A DNA stretch of 64,000 bases from Squalus acanthias (taxonomy: Eukaryota): the NCBI GenBank assembly GCA_030390025.1, contig CM059432.1, positions 63,490,001 to 63,554,000 of the forward strand. Direction: 5' to 3'. Below, piece after piece: positions 1-13,464 of this stretch. Position 1 is the stretch's first letter, and each line of letters begins with the position of its first letter. A program made the position numbers and the translations under genes. Under the pieces are notes generated by a model. It saw only the letters and a list, made by a program, of their open reading frames with translations. It had not been told where the DNA came from and searched no databases.

Positions 1-1175
1 CCAGAGGAGAAGTGAGAGTGACTGTCCTTGACATCAAGGCAGCTTTTGACCGAGTGTGGCACGAAGGAGCCCTAGTAAAATGGGAATTGGGGGGAAAACT
101 CTCCAGTGGCTGGAGTCATACCTATCACAAAGGAAGATGGTTGTGGTGATTGAAGGTCAATCATCACAGCCCCAGGGCATTGCTGCAGGATTTCCTCAGG
201 GCAGTGTCCTAGGCCCAACCATCTTCAGCTGCTTCATCAATGACCTTCCCTCAAACACAAGGCCAGAAATGGGGATGTTCGCTGATGACTACACAGTGTT
301 CAGTGCCATTCACAACTCCTCAGATAATGAAGCAGTCCATGCCCGCATGCAACAAGACCTGGACGACATTCAGGTTTGGGCTCATAAGTGGCAGGTAACA
401 TTCGCGCCACATAAGTGCCAGTCAATGACTATCTCCAACAAGCGAGGATCTAACCACCACCCCTTGACATTCAATGGCATTACCATCACTGAATCCCCCA
501 CCATCAACATCCTGGGGGTCACCATTGACCAGAAACTTAACTGGACTAGCCACATAAATACTGTGGCAACAAGAGCAGGTCAGAGGCTAGGTATTCTGTG
601 GCGAGTGTCTCACCTCTTGACTCCCCAAAGCCTTTCTACCATGTACAAGGCACAAGTAAGGAGTGTGATTGAATACTCTCCACTTGCCTGGATGAGTGCA
701 GCTCCAACAACACTCAAGAAGCTCGACACCATCCAGGACAAAGCAGCCCACTTGATTGGCATCCCATCTACCACCTTAAATATTCACTCCCTCCACCACC
801 GGCATACCGTGGCTGCAGTGTGTACTATCTACAAGATGTAGTGCAGCAACTCACCAAGTCTTCTTCTGCAGAACCTCCAAAACCCACGACCTCTACCACC
901 TAGAAATTTAAGTACAGCAGACGCTTGGGAACACCACCACCTCCAACTTTCCCTCCAAGTCATACACCATCCTGACTTGGAAGTATATCGCCGTTCCTTC
1001 ATCATCACTGGGTCAAAATCCTGGAACTCCCTAACTAACAGTACTGTGGACGTACCTTCACCACACAGACTGCGGCGGTTCAAGAAGGCGGCTCACCAGC
1101 ACCTTCTCAAGGACAATTAGGGATGGGCAATAAATGCTGGCTTTGCCAGCGACGCCCACATCCCATGAATTAATT
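1..1175 (+). mobile_element. 3' part of a non-LTR retrotransposon (RT domain plus 3' tail); same family as the tRNA-headed LINE at 17091-20497; runs off the window start
   Basis: ORF 56..841 carries RT motifs PQGSVLGP and FADD and is colinear with 19420-20497. It ends in the tail ...ttagggatgggcaataaatgctggctttgccagcgacgcccacatcccatgaa. Confidence 0.9.
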
Positions 1176-1914
1176 TATAAAAGAAACTGTCTTTACCATC
1201 TCAAGGGGGTACAGTAGTCCTATGACTGTTAGTAACATGATACTTCTGTTCTTCCACAATTCTCCACAATCCTGGGCTATTGGTCAACTGTGGTGTCTTA
1301 GTACAGCAATACTACAATATGTGTACCTGCTAAATCTATCTTCCACTCCTATATTCTGGAAACAGAGCAGCTCTGAAAAAATAAATGAAAGGAAATTGCA
1401 AGATGATTATTTTTATTATAAAGCGCTTCTTATGTCTAATTACTGTGACCAATTCATTAAAAGAATACCTTCTGGGAAACATTTTGTATTTTCACTGTTC
1501 AATGACCCAGCATCATTGGTCTGCCTTCTCAGTAGAGAGTCGGTCAGCTGGTGTTACTTTTGGCTGTGTCTTCATGGGCAATTTAATACCAGTTGGGCCA
1601 TATGCCAATTTGTGGGATTTCAGTAGAACCACTCAGTGCCAGTTGAGGCGCTCCGAGCAAGATGGGAAACCTGTTACAAGAAGTTTCTATGTGGGGAACG
1701 GGAACAATGAAAATGTGAAGAGCTCATGTAAGTTAGGAGGTTTTAAAATGATCTTCAACATTACTTATGCGTGGGGAGTACTTTAGAATGAAAATACTCG
1801 CCTACTTATTCTTTTTCTTTCAATGTTTCCAGCCTATGACCTGAACTCTTTGGCCCACAGCTTGTAAAGATGATCAAGAAATGACTGATGTGATTGCATA
1901 TTTAGTCACAACAA

Positions 1915-3443
1915 TTCTCGGGAATTGGGGGAGGAGATAGCGGAAGGGCTTGCCACAATTTTCCAATCTTCCCTAGATGCAGGGGATGTGCCTGAGGATT
2001 GGAAAGTGGCAAATGTGACACCATTGTTCAAGAAAGGGTGTAAGGACAATCCCAGTAACTACAGGCTGGTTAGTTTAACATCAGTGGTGGGTAAAGTTGT
2101 AGAAACAATAATCAAGGAAAAAAATTAATGGGCACTTGGAGAGGTTTAAGCTAATTAAGGAGAGCCAACATGGATTTATAAAAGGCAGATCATGTTTGAC
2201 TAATCTAATTGAATTTTTTGATGAAGTAACAGGGAGGATTGATGAAGGGGATGTAATGGATGTTGTCTGCATGGATTTTAGGAAGGCGTTTGACAAAGTA
2301 CCACATAGAAGGCTGGTTAACAAAATTGAGGCCCATGGAATAGGTGGGTCAGTGGCAGCTTGGATAAGGAATTGGCTTAAGGACAGAAAACAGCGAGTTG
2401 TGGTAAATGGCTGTTTTTTCAGACTGGAGGATGGTAGACAGTGGTGTTCCCCAAGGGTCAGTGCTGGGGCCACTGCTTTTTTTGATATATATAAATGACC
2501 TGGATATTAGAATACGAAGTAGAATTTCTAAAATTGTCGATGATACCAAACCTGGGGGTGTGGCAAACAGTAATGATGATACCAATTGGCTGCAACAGGA
2601 CATAGAAAGGCTAGCAGAATGGGCAGACAAGTGGCAGATGGAATTTAATACAGAGAAGTGTGAGGTGATCCATTTTGTCAGAAGGATCAGGGAGAGGCAA
2701 CATACACTTAATGGCACAGTTTTAAAGAGTGTGTGGGGAGAGGGACCTGGGAGTTAATTTGCATAGGTCCCTGAAGGTGGCAGGATATATTGAAAGAGTG
2801 ATTAACAAAGCATATGGGATCTTGGGCTTCATAAATAGAGGTATTGAGTACAAAAGTAGAGAAGTTATGCTGAACCTTTATAAAGCGCTGGTTAGGTCAC
2901 AACTGGAGTATTGCGTCCAGTTCTGGAAACCACACTTTAGGAAGGATGTGAAGGCCCTTGAGAGGGTGCAGAGGAGATTTACCAGAATGGTTCCGGGGAT
3001 GGGGGATCTTAGCTACAAGGACAGGTTGGAGAAGCTGGATTTGTTTTCATTAGAGCAAAGGAGGTTGAGGGGTGATTTGATAGCGGTGTACAAGATTATG
3101 ACGGGTTTGGATAGGCTAGACGGGGAAAGGCTGTTCCCACTAGTTGATGGTACAAGGACTAGGGGACACAGATTTAAGGTTTTGGGCAAGAGATACAAGG
3201 GGGATGTGAGGAAAATCTTTTTTATGCAGCGAGTGGTGAGGACCTGGAACTCGCTGCCGACAGAAGTGGTGGATGCGGAGACACTCAATGTTTTCAAGGG
3301 GAGACTGGATAGGCACTTGAGGGAAATAAACTTGCAGGGCTACGGGGATAGAGCGGGGTAATGAGACTGACTGGATTGCTCTACAGAGAGCCGGCACGGA
3401 CTCAATGAGCAGAATTACCTCCTTCTGTGCCATTATGACTCTA
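1915..3443 (+). mobile_element. 5'-truncated, frameshifted CR1-clade LINE (RT and C-terminal region, 3' UTR)
   Basis: Consecutive ORFs give [57 protein letters not shown] and RRLRGDLI. Confidence 0.92.
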
Positions 3444-3988
3444 CTCCAGGATTGCTGATTTCAGTCAGTTTTACCAAAATGGAAACCAATGATGTCATTA
3501 GAAACTGTTGAGTCAGACTTTAATTGTAGTCAGAACCAACAAAAGAAGGTTCCTGCCAACATTGCTAGAGCCAGTGCAAGTAATGGCACAGCCAACTGTA
3601 AACTCAGAATACAAAAGAATAAATAAAAGCTATAAATGTTGGAAATCTGAAATAAAAATTGAAACTGCTGGAAACCCTAGGGCAGAACACAACAGATAGG
3701 TGGATGAGTCTTTCTTCTGCATATTTGTTCCTTGGCATCACTTCCTGTTTTAGTTAACCACAATGTTTAAAATTAGTTTTCTTTTCATATTGCTTTTCTT
3801 CAATTGGCCCAGCTGCTTCCTCCTGCAACCTTCTGTTAGGAAAAAATGAGAAGTCGCACAACACCAGGTTAGGAAGGTAAGGGATCTGGGCCAAGGACTT
3901 CCCCAAAGCTGCTGCCATCCCATTCTATTATCATCAGCTTTGGGGAAGTTACTGTATCTGTTCCTGCATCATATGAGTGTTCCTACTA

Positions 3989-4906
3989 CAGTAAACTCTC
4001 GGTTAAACGGCACCTAATTATCCGGAATTCTCTAATAACTGGCAAAATTCAGGAGTAGGTTCAGGAACCCAAAGGTAAGTTTTACTGTATATTTGTGGCT
4101 GTGTAACCAGGGTTCTCGTGCCTTTTGCCGTGTAACCATGGCTCCTGCATCTCTGGTTGTGTAACCGGGTCCCCTGTACCTGTGGCCGTGTAACCGGGTC
4201 CCCTGTACCTGTGGCCGTGTAACCGGGTCCCCTGTACCTGTGGCGGTGTAACCGGGTCCCCTGTACCTGTGGCGGTGTAACCGGGTCCCCTGTACCTGTG
4301 GCCGTGTAACCGGTGCTCCAGCACTTGTGGCCGTGTAACCGGGACTCCTGTACCTGTGGCTGTGTAACCGGGGCTCCTGTACCTGTGGCTGTGTAACCGG
4401 GGCTCCTGTACCTCTGGCCATGTAACCGGGGCTCCTGTACCTGTGGCTGTGTAACCGGGGCTCCAGTACCTCTGGCCATGTAACCGGGGCTCCTGTACCT
4501 GTGGCTGTGTAACCGGGGCTCCTGTACCTGTGGCTGTGTAACCGGGACTCCTGTACCTGTGGCTGTGTAACCGGGGCTCCTGTACCTGTGGCGGTGTAAC
4601 CGGGTCCCCTGTACCTGTGGCCGTGTAACCGGGGCTCCAGTACCTGTGGCTGTGTAACCGGGACTCCTGTACCTGTGGCTGTGTAACCGGGGCTCCTGTA
4701 CCTGTGGCGGTGTAACCGGGTCCCCTGTACCTGTGGCCGTGTAACCGGGGCTCCAGTACCTGTGGCTGTGTAACCGGGACTCCTGGATCTGTGGCCGTGT
4801 AACAGGGCTCTCGTACCTTGGTAGGTATACCTCTCCGTTATCCGGAATTTTTAATCAACTGGCACCATCCCGGTCCCGTAGGTGCCGGATACGAAAGAGT
4901 TTACTG
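3989..4906. mobile_element. Non-autonomous Tc1/mariner (pogo/Tigger-like) MITE
   Basis: Imperfect 28-bp TIRs (CAGTAAACTCT...CGGCACCTA / TAGGTGCCG...AGAGTTTACTG) flanked by TA on both sides (3987-3988, 4907-4908). Confidence 0.8.
4095..4815. repeat. 29-bp minisatellite (~25 copies; consensus GTGTAACCGGGGCTCCTGTACCTGTGGCT) inside the MITE
   Basis: Tandem units are directly visible and explain the repetitive ORFs at 4018..4479 and neighbours. Confidence 0.95.
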
Positions 4907-5267
4907 TAATTGTTCCTTCTGGGATAGCTCAATTCCTATCCAGAACTTGTCTTGACCATGAATTGGCAAAATTTGCCAGGTGAAATCAAATACACCTAAT
5001 TGACGGTTAAGGCTGGAATCAGAGCTATTGGGTCTTTGTGATTTCAAATGCTCTGACAGAGGTGCTACCATACTGCAAATTCATCTTTTAGAAGCTGTTA
5101 AATTTTGTTCATGTAGAATTATACGAAACAGCAAGCTGAATTTCACATTTCCCCACATTATCCTCCATCTACCACCTTCTTGCCCACTCACTTAACCTGT
5201 CTATATCACTTTGCAGCCTCTTTGCGCCCTCCTCACAGCTTACTTTCCTAGCTAGCTGAAAAAATAA

Positions 5268-6060
5268 GTGTTGGATTTTACTGCTTGACTTCGGGGTGGC
5301 TGGGGTTGGATAAAGGGGTGGAGGTGTGGAAAACAATGGAGCGTAAAATTGGGCGGGGTGTTAATCAGGCACCTGACCCGAACCCGCCCTGTTCTCACCA
5401 GGCACGCTAGCTTAAAGCACGGCTAATATCTTTGCTCCAAGAACACCTACAACAATTTTCTGCCAGAGGTGATGGTGTCTGGCTAAATACTGGTGCCCAT
5501 TTATAAATAAAATTTAAATGCTGTCCTCACATCAAGGGCTAGATTTCCTTCTCACTTGCAGTTTAGTGGTGGGCCAGGATTTTGCCTGTCCACCTGATAC
5601 CACTGGGAATCCACAGCATTTTTCTGGAGGGGGCCTCATTCGATGCGCAGGGCTGGATTCCAGCTCCCGACATCTTCTTCATCACTGGGACGTGGAGAAG
5701 TGCAATTTAGCTGCAGCATTTAAGTGGTTGTAGCTAATTAAAAAGCCAGAAGCACTTGAATTGGATGAAGAGAGAGAACAGAAATAGGCTTACAGTGGCA
5801 GAAGGAATAGCAGCATCAGGGGTCTCTGCAGTGGTAAGATCCCCAGATTTTCAGACGAATCTCTAGAGGTGTAATTGGCAGAGAAAAGGGCAAGGAGGGA
5901 TCAGCTCTGTGGCACTCCTGTTTGGAAGGCTCATAACTGGGTGGTAAGGCAATATGGGAGGAGGTAGTGCAGTCAATCAGTGCTACCTCATCCACCCTAT
6001 AAATGGCAACACAGTCCTAGAAACTGATTAAGAACCTCATAAGGTTGGCCAAAGTATGTC
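5268..6060 (+). mobile_element. Highly decayed Harbinger remnant (left end plus Myb/SANT exon 1)
   Basis: About 5840-5910 reads PRFSDESLEV*LAE..RRDQL, similar to the PRFHDVALQALVD of the intact element. It ends in GCCAAA|GTATGT, matching the exon-1 donor position. Confidence 0.5.
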
Positions 6061-6877
6061 AAAAACCCATCAATGTCATAAAGGTTGATTAAAAAATCCA
6101 ACAGTAGTGTCACAGACTGTACTGTAAAACCCAACAGCAGAGTGGACTCTAATACCCAAGTAAGTACATGCCAATCATCAACATTTCATGCTGACAGGCA
6201 GCATTTCTGTATTATTTCTGAAAAAAATCTTTCTTTTCTTTCTAATATTTCTGAGTGTGCGCATTTGCTGATGAAAATCCATGTTCTTACTGCCTCCAGC
6301 ACTTGGAGCTGAGTATCCCCAGAATGCTCTGAATGTTATTTTGAGCGCGTGCACAGAGTTTCACAGGCATGAAGTTCCAAGCACTGGTGCGTGAAGGCTA
6401 TATGCTTTGTACGCATGTTAAGAGGGCCAAGCACTTTTGCACAATGGATGTGGGTCCCACACTGGCTTCGTCCTGCATTTGACATTAGGTAGGATGTAGC
6501 TTCTGTGTTGAAATTGTGCTTTGATGGACCAAGGGAAATGGAAAAAAGTAAAGTAATCAGCCGCAATCTAAGCAAAAAAAAAAAAACCCAAGTCAGGGTT
6601 TCCTCCAGGTTCTGCCTTTTATTTATTTTAATTTTTATTCTTTTAAAGAATCAGACGCACTCTTGGTCTCCATGCACACTGACAGTAGCAGGAATTCAGT
6701 TTAGTTCAGAACTCTGACACAATTCTGCTTTTCTTATCTGTTGTATGATGAAAATCTATCAGATTTTCCCCCCTTGCATCCTTAAGCTACTATGACCCCT
6801 GGCAGTGGAGAACAATAGGTTTTGCTTGCTGATTTTCTTTGTTTTCTAATAATGCTGAGTCCTTGGCTCTATCCTAT

Positions 6878-7285
6878 TTTCAGAAGGCATTCGATAAGGT
6901 GCCACACAAGAGGTTGTTACACAAGATTATGGGCTCATGGGATTGGGGGTAATGTATTCGGTTGGATTGAGGATTGGTTAATGGACAGAAAACAGAGAGT
7001 CGGAATAAACAGGTTATTTTCAGGTTGACAGGTTGTAACTCGTGGGGTGCCGCAAGGATCAGTGCTGGGGCCTCAGCTATTTACAATCGATATTAATGAC
7101 TTAGATGAGGGGACCGGATGTAATGTATCCAAGTTTGCTGATGCTTATGAGGAGAGATTGAGTAGAATGGGCCTATGTTCTCTGGAGTTTAGAAGAGTGA
7201 GCGGTGATGTCATTGAAACGTATAAAATTCTTAGATGGCTTGACAGGGTAGATGCTGAGAGGTTGTTTCCCCTGGCTGGAGAGTT
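6878..7285 (+). mobile_element. Internally deleted CR1 RT fragments
   Basis: [21 protein letters not shown] and KFAD join directly to [10 protein letters not shown]. Confidence 0.8.
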
Positions 7286-10200
7286 TAAAAGCAGCGAGAG
7301 AAATGTCAAGGCTCTAGAGCAGAGTGGAGTTTTGGGTAAAAATAGGCAGAGTGTGTCAGGAAAGGACAGACAGAGCAACAAAGGTAATAAGGCATCAGTG
7401 ACTAAGGTGACATCAGGGAAAAATAGAAATTAGTCTTAGCTAAAGGCACTATATCTGAATGCGCAAAGCATTCGCAACAAAATAGATGAATTAATAGCAC
7501 AAATAGAAATTAACAGGTTTGATCTAATAGCCATAACGGAGACATGGTTGCAAAGTGGCCAAGTTGGGAACTAAATATTCCAGGATACTTTACTTTTAGA
7601 AGAGAGAGGCAAAATGGAAAAGGAGGAGGGGTAGCCCTGATAATAAAGGATGGGATAAAGAAAGTAGGAGAAAGGATCTTAGCTCCGAAAATCAAGAAGT
7701 AGAATCAGTTTGGGTGGAGCTAAGAAATAGCAAGGGGCAGAAAACATTGGTGGGAGTTGTTTATAGGCCCCCAAACAATAGTTGTAATGTAGGGCAGAGT
7801 ATAAATCAGGAAATTAGAGGTGCATGTAAAAAGGGTAATACAGTAATCATGGGGGACTTTAATCTACATATAGACTGGGTAAACCAAATTTGCAGTAACA
7901 GTGTGGCAGGACGAATTCGTGGAATGTATGCAAGATAGTTTTCTAGATCAGAATGTTGAGGAAACAACTAGGGAACAGGCTATTTTAGATCTAGTATTGT
8001 GCAATGAGAAAGGGTTAATTAATAACCTTGTAGTAAAGGGGCCTTTAGGGAAGAGTGACCATAATATGATAGAATTTTATATTGGGCCAAAAATTCGGCC
8101 CTTCCCGGGTGAGTACACAGTCTGTACTCACCCGTAATGCGTCCTGAAGTGCCGGTTTCCTGCATGCACTGCGCATGCGCGGGAAACCGGAACTTCCGGT
8201 ATGGTGAAGGGGGCGGTTCCTAGGTGAACCGCGTGCGCGGTAGAGGCTGCGCGCACGCAGCAAACTTAGATTTTTTTTCAGGTTTCTACGCGAGGGTAAG
8301 TAGTGAAGAAACTACGCTATTAAAAAGGAGGCGCAGGACCCGTTTTCAACAAGGTAAGTGGTTAATTAAGTATAATTAAAAAAAATTTTCAACAGGTTTA
8401 TCTTTTTTGGATACTTTAAAGAAAGGTAAGTTTATTTTTATCACTTTTAAAAAGTATTTTAATTTTTTCAAAAATTTAAATTTTTGTTTAAAGTGGTTAA
8501 TTTATTTAACTATAGTTATTTTATAAATGTGATGGTTTTTAAAAAAAAATTATTTTAAGTTTAGCTGTTCTTTTGGGGCCGATTTCAATTCACAGATTTG
8601 ACAGGTCTCCTGTCAAATCTATGAATGAAAGATGGTCTGCTGCCATTGGCTCTCCATGGCCCACGTGATCCCAGGGGACGCATCGCACTAACTACGCCCC
8701 TGGGACACGCAAGCACTGCGCGCCGGCTCTTGGAGCAGGACCAGGAGTTGAAGTTCCCGTGGGCCCAAAACACAACGGCAGGCGTGGTAGGCAAGTGTGC
8801 GCGCGATCCTTACCCCCGCGGCAAGCCGGAGAGGCGAATTTCTGGGCCATAGAGTTTGAAAGTGATTTAGTTAAATCCGAAACTAGGGTCTTACATCTAA
8901 ACAAAGCAAACTACGTAGGTATGAGGGACGAGTTGGCTAAGGTAGATTGGGAAACTACATTAAAAGGTATGATGATAGACAAGCAATGGCTAGCATTTAA
9001 AGAATTAATACATAATTTACAACAAATATACATTCCTTTAAGGCACAAAAACCCCACAGGAAAAGTGGTCCAACCGTGGCTAACAAGAGAAGTTAAAGAT
9101 AGTATTAGATCAAATGAAGAGGCTTATAATGTTGCCAAAAAGAGTAGTAAGCCTGAGGATTGGGAGCATTTTAGAATTCAGCAAAGGAGGACCAAGAAAT
9201 TGATAAAGAAAGGGAAAATAGAATATGAGAGTAAACTAGCAAGAGACATAAAAACAGACTGTAAAAGCTTCTATAGGTATGTAAAAAGGAAAAGATTAAC
9301 AAAAGTAAATGTGGGTCCCTTACAGGCTGAGACAGGAGAAATTATAATGGGTAATAAGGAAATGGCAGAGAAATTAAACAAATACTTTGTGTCTGTCTTC
9401 ACGGAAGAAGACGCAAAAAACTTCCCGGAAATAGTGGACAACCAAGGGTCTAGCGAGAATGAGGAACTGAAAGATATTAGTATTAGTAAAAAAGTAGTAC
9501 TGGAGAAATTAATGACATCAGTAGTAGGGAAAATGCTAGAATCTATTATTAAGGACGTGGTAACAGGGCACTTAGAAAATAATAATAGGATTGGGCAGAG
9601 TCAACACGGATTTATGAAAGGGAAATTGTGTTTGACAAATCTGTTAGGGTTTTTTGAGGTTGTAACCAGCAGAATAGATAAGGGGGAACCAGTGGATGTG
9701 GTGCATATGGATTTTCAGAAGGCATTCGATAAGGTGCCACACAAGAGGTTATTAAACAAAATTAGGGCTCATGGGATTGGGGGTAATATACCAGCATGGA
9801 TTGAGGATTGGTTAACGGACAGAAAACAGAGAGTAGGAATAAACGGGTCATTTTTGGGTTGGGACTAGTGGGGTACCGCAAAGATCAGTGCTTGGGCCTC
9901 AGCTATTCACAATCTACATCAATGATTTGGATGGGGGGACCAAATGTAATATATCCAACTTTGCTGATGCTACAAAGCTGGGTGGGAATGTAAGTTGTGA
10001 GGAGGATGCAAAAAGGCTTCAAGGGGATATAGACAGGCTAAGTGAGTGGGCAAGAACATGGCAAATGGGAAATAATGGGGAGAAATGTGAAGTTATCCAC
10101 TTTGGTTGGAAAAATAAAAAAGCAGAGTATTTTTTAAATGGTGAGAGATTTGGAAATGTTGGTGTTCAGAGGGACCTGGGTGTCCTTGTACACGAATCAC

Positions 10201-10883
10201 TGAAAGTTAACATGCAGGTACAGCAAATGATACGTCGGTCTTTATTATAAGAGGATTTGAGTATAAGAGTAAAGACGTCTTACTGCAATTATATAGGGCC
10301 CTGGTGAGACCACACCTGGAGTATTGTGTACAGTTTTGGTCTCCTTACCTAAGGAAGGATATACTTGCCATAGAGGGAGTGCAACGAAGGTTCACCAGAC
10401 TGGTTCCTGGGATGGGGGGTTTGTCCTATGAGGAGCAATTGAGTAGACAAGGCCTATATTCTCTGGTGTTTAGAAGAATGAGAGGTGATCTCATTGAAAC
10501 ATACAAAATTCTTACAGGGCTTGACAGGGTAGATGCAGGGAGGATGTTTCCCTTGGCTGGGGAGTCTAGAACCAGGGGAGGGGCAGTCACAGTCTCAGAA
10601 TAAGGGGTCGGCCATTTAGGACTGAGATGAGGAGAAATTTCTTCACTCAGAGGGTGGTGAATCTTTGGAATTCTCGACCCAGAGTGCTGTGGAGGCTCAT
10701 TCATTGAGTGTATTCAAGACTGAGATTGATAGATTTTTGGACTCCAAAGGAATCTCAAGGGATATGGGGATAGTGCAGGAAAGTTGAGTTGATTTAGAAG
10801 ATCAGCTATGATCTTATTGAATAGCAGAGCAGGCTCGAAGGGCCTGATGGCCTACTCCTGCTCCTATTTCTTATGTTCTTATG
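7286..10883 (+). mobile_element. CR1 LINE ORF2 (APE endonuclease plus RT) pseudogene with 3' tail; interrupted by a MITE and internally deleted near 9512
   Basis: Contains LNAQSIRNK, VYRPPN, GDFN, SDHN, QHGF, DFQKAFDKVPH and FADATK; tail TTCTTATGTTCTTATG at about 10868-10883. Confidence 0.92.
8084..8848. mobile_element. Harbinger-type MITE with AT-rich core, inserted in CR1 ORF2
   Basis: TIRs GGGCCAAAAATTCG / CGAATTTCTGGGCC; 3-bp flanks ATT/ATA. Removing it restores the CR1 reading IEFYI-EFESD. The core is shared with 38007-38763 and 63501-64000. Confidence 0.82.
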
Positions 10884-11283
10884 CTGTTATCCATATGAAA
10901 ATCTGTGCATTTATTGCCTCTGGCATTTCTTGCTGAAACATAATAAAATGCCCTGAAATTTGCTTGTGTGTAGTATGTGGAGTTTCATTGATATCAGTGA
11001 CTCTTAGGGCTGGATTTTGTCTTGGGGTCGGGTTGGGGTCGTGTTACCCACATTTCGTGTTGCCCCCCCGACTCCAGGTTAATGTGGATGAATGATGCGA
11101 TTTTAACTTAATTGGCCAATTGAGTTCCAACATGTGGGAACCCATGGCCAATGAGTTATTCCAGTCTGAAAGTCGCCTCCGATGACGTCATCATTGCTGC
11201 TGCATTTAAGGTCTGCAACAAGCCTTGCTTCTTCTGTAGGCTGCCAAGCTTTTGGACCTCTAATCTAAAAACCTGCAGCAGGA

Positions 11284-13207
11284 ATGGCCAGCCAACGTCC
11301 CAGGGCTGCTCCCAGGTTCCATGACGTTGCCCTTCAGGCTTTGGTGGATGGAGCAAGAGCCAACAGGGAGGTGCTCTTTCCCTCCTCAGGGAGGAAGAAG
11401 CCTCCCCAGCAGACAAAGGCTGTGTGGGTCCAGATCGCCCAGGAGGTCACCTCTTTATCATTCACATGCAGAACCTGGATCCAGTGCAGGAAGAGGTTTC
11501 ATGACCTTCTACGTACTGCGAAAGTGAGTATGACTTTCCCTTCATCCTCAATCTGATCCCCATTGCCTCTCCTCACAAGCACTCAGCTTTAGCAACCTCT
11601 TCCTCCATATCCCACTTGACACTGACATCCATGCACCCTTACCCATTCCCTCTCCCTCTATGGTCACATTCACCTTACTATTCGACTATGCAGCCCTCAC
11701 ACTCCCTATCACTGTCATGCTATGAAAACAACTTACAACACACAGGGAGGGCCCTCAGTCTTGCCAGCTCAATCCAACTTTGTCTCCTTCTAAGCATCTA
11801 TGCTATGGATTCTCTACACTCACTCCTTCAATCTCACTCAAACTCCACTTGTCTCCCTCATTGCAGGAAAAGAGAGCTCACAATAAAGGGGAAAGAGCCA
11901 GGACAGGAGGAGGGCCACCCTCATTAGCCCAGCTCACCCCCTGGGAGGATGCGGTCCTGGAGATCGTGGGCGAAGAGGAGGAAACGCAAGTGGGGGACGG
12001 ACAGATGGGTGCATCAGAGCAAGCTGGTGACTGAATAGTGTTCCATCTCTCTCATTGACATTGCATGAGTCGCTGATAATGAATCTGAAGCTCTAACAGA
12101 TGGATTTATGATCATCTGCAATATGCAATGTGCATGTAACCTTGGCATCACATCTCTGACTCTTTCCTTTACTCCCCCACAGGACCATTGCAAGCACCCG
12201 TCCCCACTAGCCAGGAGGAACAGCCTGAGCAGACAAACTCCTCAGAGGAAGCTGTAACCTCTGAGGGCGCAGCGTCAGCAGAACTCAGCGCACCCAGTAA
12301 CAGCGCAGGCACTCACACCTCGGTGGGACCCTCGGGACATGGAGTAGTGTTGTCACCTGGTGTATCACAGCTCACAAGTGAGCATCAGCAGATGGTGGAG
12401 ACAGGGACAGCAGTGGAAAGTCCTAGTCGGAGGGCGCAGGACTCTCCTAGCTCGGCTCAGCTGCATGTCGACCCTCTGCCTCTGGGTCCATCCATAAGAT
12501 CAGCGGTGCTGGGACTCCAGGAACAGATGCAGGAGTCTCTGACAGGTTTTATCTCCAGGGTCGCTGCGAGTGTGGAGCGAATGGAGGAGTCCATAGCGAA
12601 CATGAGCAGAGCCTTTGTGGAGTCATTGGCGCATGAACGCATCACCATGGAAAGGATGGCAACCTCCATGGAGGTGATAAGTCGCCAGAGTGCAGAAAAC
12701 ATGGTGAGTGTTCTGAATAGAATGACATCTCTGGAGGAGCAATGGTCATCTGTTGAACAGAGAAACCAGACCTTCATGGAAGTCCTTCTGAGTAGGACTT
12801 CCAGTACAGATACGGATCCCCATGGCCCCCCTGATGTGCAGCAAGGTGCTCTCAAGCCACTTGCAAGCGCTGAGGTGGACCTGACCCATGAGAGGGATGT
12901 TGGTGGCACACAACAAGGAGGTGGGGGCTCCTCTCCAAGCGCTCACACTTCCATGCCACTGACAGGTCCTCGCTCAGAGCCCCACCAGAGTCCGCACCCA
13001 AGTGAGATCGGCGTCTCAACCCCTGCCCAGCCGCAGGAGCAGCAGACTGTTGCCGAGCCCTCTCAGGTTCGCAACCCCAGAGGACGCCCGCCAAAGGAGT
13101 CGAGACAGGAGCAGCAACAAAGTGAGCAGGGGGCCTCCACTTCTGCTGAAGCCACAGGGGAAGTACCACGTAGGAGCACGTGTAAGAGAAAGAAACTGCA
13201 CAAATAG
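11284..13207 (+). CDS. Harbinger Myb/SANT-like (trihelix) DNA-binding protein; predicted join(11284..11523,11867..12026,12183..13207), 474 aa
   Basis: Exon 1 reads RAAPRFHDVALQALV..W..IA..RTWIQCRKRFHDL. Splice sites are AAA|GTGAGT with TTGCAG|GAA (phase 0) and G|GTGACT with CCACAG|GA (phase 1). Exon 2 contains ERARTGGGPP, the C-terminus is basic (KRKKLHK), and AATAAA lies at 13275-13280. Confidence 0.85.
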
Positions 13208-13464
13208 TCACAAGGGTAGTCACTTGGGTGAATTTTGATGTGTATTGTGAAAAAGCCATCAGGTTTAAAGTTTAAATAAAAACTCTGATGGCTACAGCTG
13301 CAGTTGTGGCGTCTGTCATTTCGCTAATGGGACTTCCACAATGAGGCCTTAGGATAACATGCAATTGTCAGTATGGTGGTCACATTGTTAGGGATCCGCT
13401 GGGTCTGGGCCATTGTCGTAGCTCTGGTAAGAAGCTGCGAGGCAAAAGTGCTTTCTTGTCTAGG

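Noticed and set aside
1222..1786. ORFs 1222..1626 and 1385..1786 with a GTAAGT donor near 1728 as a host exon
   Set aside because: No recognisable protein similarity and no partner exons found.
4018..4815. CRISPR-like array or repetitive-protein ORFs
   Set aside because: Head-to-tail 29-bp units without unique spacers; the ORFs are by-products of the minisatellite.
8759..9868. 369-aa ORF as a novel MITE-CR1 fusion protein
   Set aside because: Non-ATG start and chance in-frame read-through into an internally deleted, frameshifted CR1 ORF2.
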